Of a DNA stretch of 64,000 nt, positions 62,924-64,000 are shown piece after piece. The position numbers and the translations under genes were made by a program. The DNA comes from Marsupella aquatica. Its lineage: Eukaryota > Plantae > Marchantiophyta. The notes under the pieces were generated by a model. The model did not search any database, was not told where the DNA came from, and saw only the letters and a list, made by a program, of their open reading frames with translations. Within the stretch, counting starts at the first letter, position 1. The number at the start of each line of letters is the position of its first letter. The stretch covers positions 8,371,875 to 8,435,874 of the forward strand of contig OZ316891.1 in assembly GCA_973895155.1 (NCBI GenBank), in the 5' to 3' direction.

Positions 62924-64000
62924 TTACTTATTGGACTTATCCCGGGCTTCTATAGCACGGTCTTTTTCGGCAGATAAGTATTTCATAAATTCGTCAAACT
63001 TTTCTAAATGGTCTTTATTTCCCTGATTACGAATGATCACGTTTCTCCTCCAAAGATTTATCTTATCAATATAATCTTTCTCAAGATTTTCTTGAGAGAA
63101 CGTTGGAATCCCATATCCACTAAGGAGCTCGCGGAATGTCAACTTGTCAATTGACATGTCGCATAGATATGGATATAGTTTCTTTCTAAAAAATAGGTCA
63201 TCATCGAGCCCAGAATATGCATCGGGATACAGCGATGAATAGAAGTCATTAAGGCTCGTCTTATATGCAGCGTCATCGATAAGAATGACATTCTCGATGT
63301 TGTAATCTTTAATATCGGTGGCAATGTCCGAGAGATATTTGACAAATAAAGGGATGTCATTATTATTCTTCCCAATAAGTCGAGTTGATTCTTGTCCCCA
63401 TATAAATTTAATACGTTTCAAAACTTCGGGTCGAAGTATCAGCCTTACACAAGATAGAATATTTCGTTTGAACATGCACGACCAGATTGCAATGTCGTAT
63501 AGATCTGCCACCTTCTCAAGAAATTCCATTAAATCAGGCCTTGGATAGATAACCTTGTGCATCTGTCTCACACCCCTTGACCGAATGTGCATCCCAGGGC
63601 TGATCTTATCTGACCAGATAAGTACCCGATTCAGATCGAAAATTACAAGTCTCTTCTGAACCAGTGACTTCTTTGCCGATGGATTAGGCGCCATCTGTAC
63701 CTGTGATTTTTGTGCCGCAGGGTTTGGAGAACGTACTAGAACGGTCTGTTTGTTTCCCGCCTCTGGACGATCACTGGACTTCCGGACTGATGCCTTCGAT
63801 ACTCGATCAGGGGGTTTCAGGATAGGCTTCTGTAAAACATTAAGAAATGAAAATAAGTTTATAACGCGAACGGTCGCGTGACTACAAAGAGAGACACTGA
63901 AATGAAGTGTATTACCTGTACAAGATGGTCGTTCAGTGCTGGAATTCCGCCGGAAATGTCAATCATAGCAGCACGGATCCCGGTAACTAGGTTACTTGCG
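62924..64000 (-). CDS. NIF/FCP1-like HAD phosphatase unit 1, spliced to an upstream exon that runs off the window
   Basis: Exon 64000-63916 (ASNLVTGIRAAMIDISGGIPALNDHLVQ), then an 86-nt intron 63915-63830 (CAG|GTAATA..TTTTACAG|AAG), then exon 63829-62924 in frame. LVIFDLNRVLI, YPRPDLMEFL, YDIAIWS, FIWGQ, PLFVKYLS, ENVILIDDAAYKT. Confidence 0.9.
63864..63879. promoter_or_regulatory. Palindrome ACGCGA-acgg-TCGCGT, copy 1, intronic
   Basis: Perfect 6-4-6 inverted repeat 34 nt upstream of the unit 1 exon. Function unknown. Confidence 0.6.

Overview
Eukaryotic land-plant nuclear DNA, gene-sparse and rich in transposon relics. A non-seed plant such as a liverwort is plausible from the intronless GT47 and dirigent expansions, but that is inference. 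Intact-looking genes: three intronless GT47/exostosin xyloglucan glycosyltransferases (4648-6177 +, 8931-10493 -, 41477-43036 -); a 7-exon At5g52880-like F-box gene that I reconstructed by hand (14551-17214 -, 334 aa); a 60-aa MGC-starting acidic peptide (22817-22999 -); and two divergent dirigent genes (48986-49510 -, 58534-59073 +). Mobile DNA: a hAT-type MITE with an 8-bp TSD, two tRNA-derived SINE families, several inverted-repeat elements, a decayed Copia, a Harbinger Myb-like pseudogene and a CACTA end. The most unusual region is 59.8-64 kb: a minus-strand tandem array of four to five NIF/FCP1 (CTD-phosphatase-like HAD) units. The three intact units each begin at a phase-0 TACAG acceptor, and each acceptor is preceded 34-47 nt upstream by the same CpG-rich palindrome ACGCGA-N4-TCGCGT; the outer units carry decayed copies. 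The catalytic DxDxT motifs are altered, and the array is split by a CACTA terminus. All calls come from manual reading; no searches were run.
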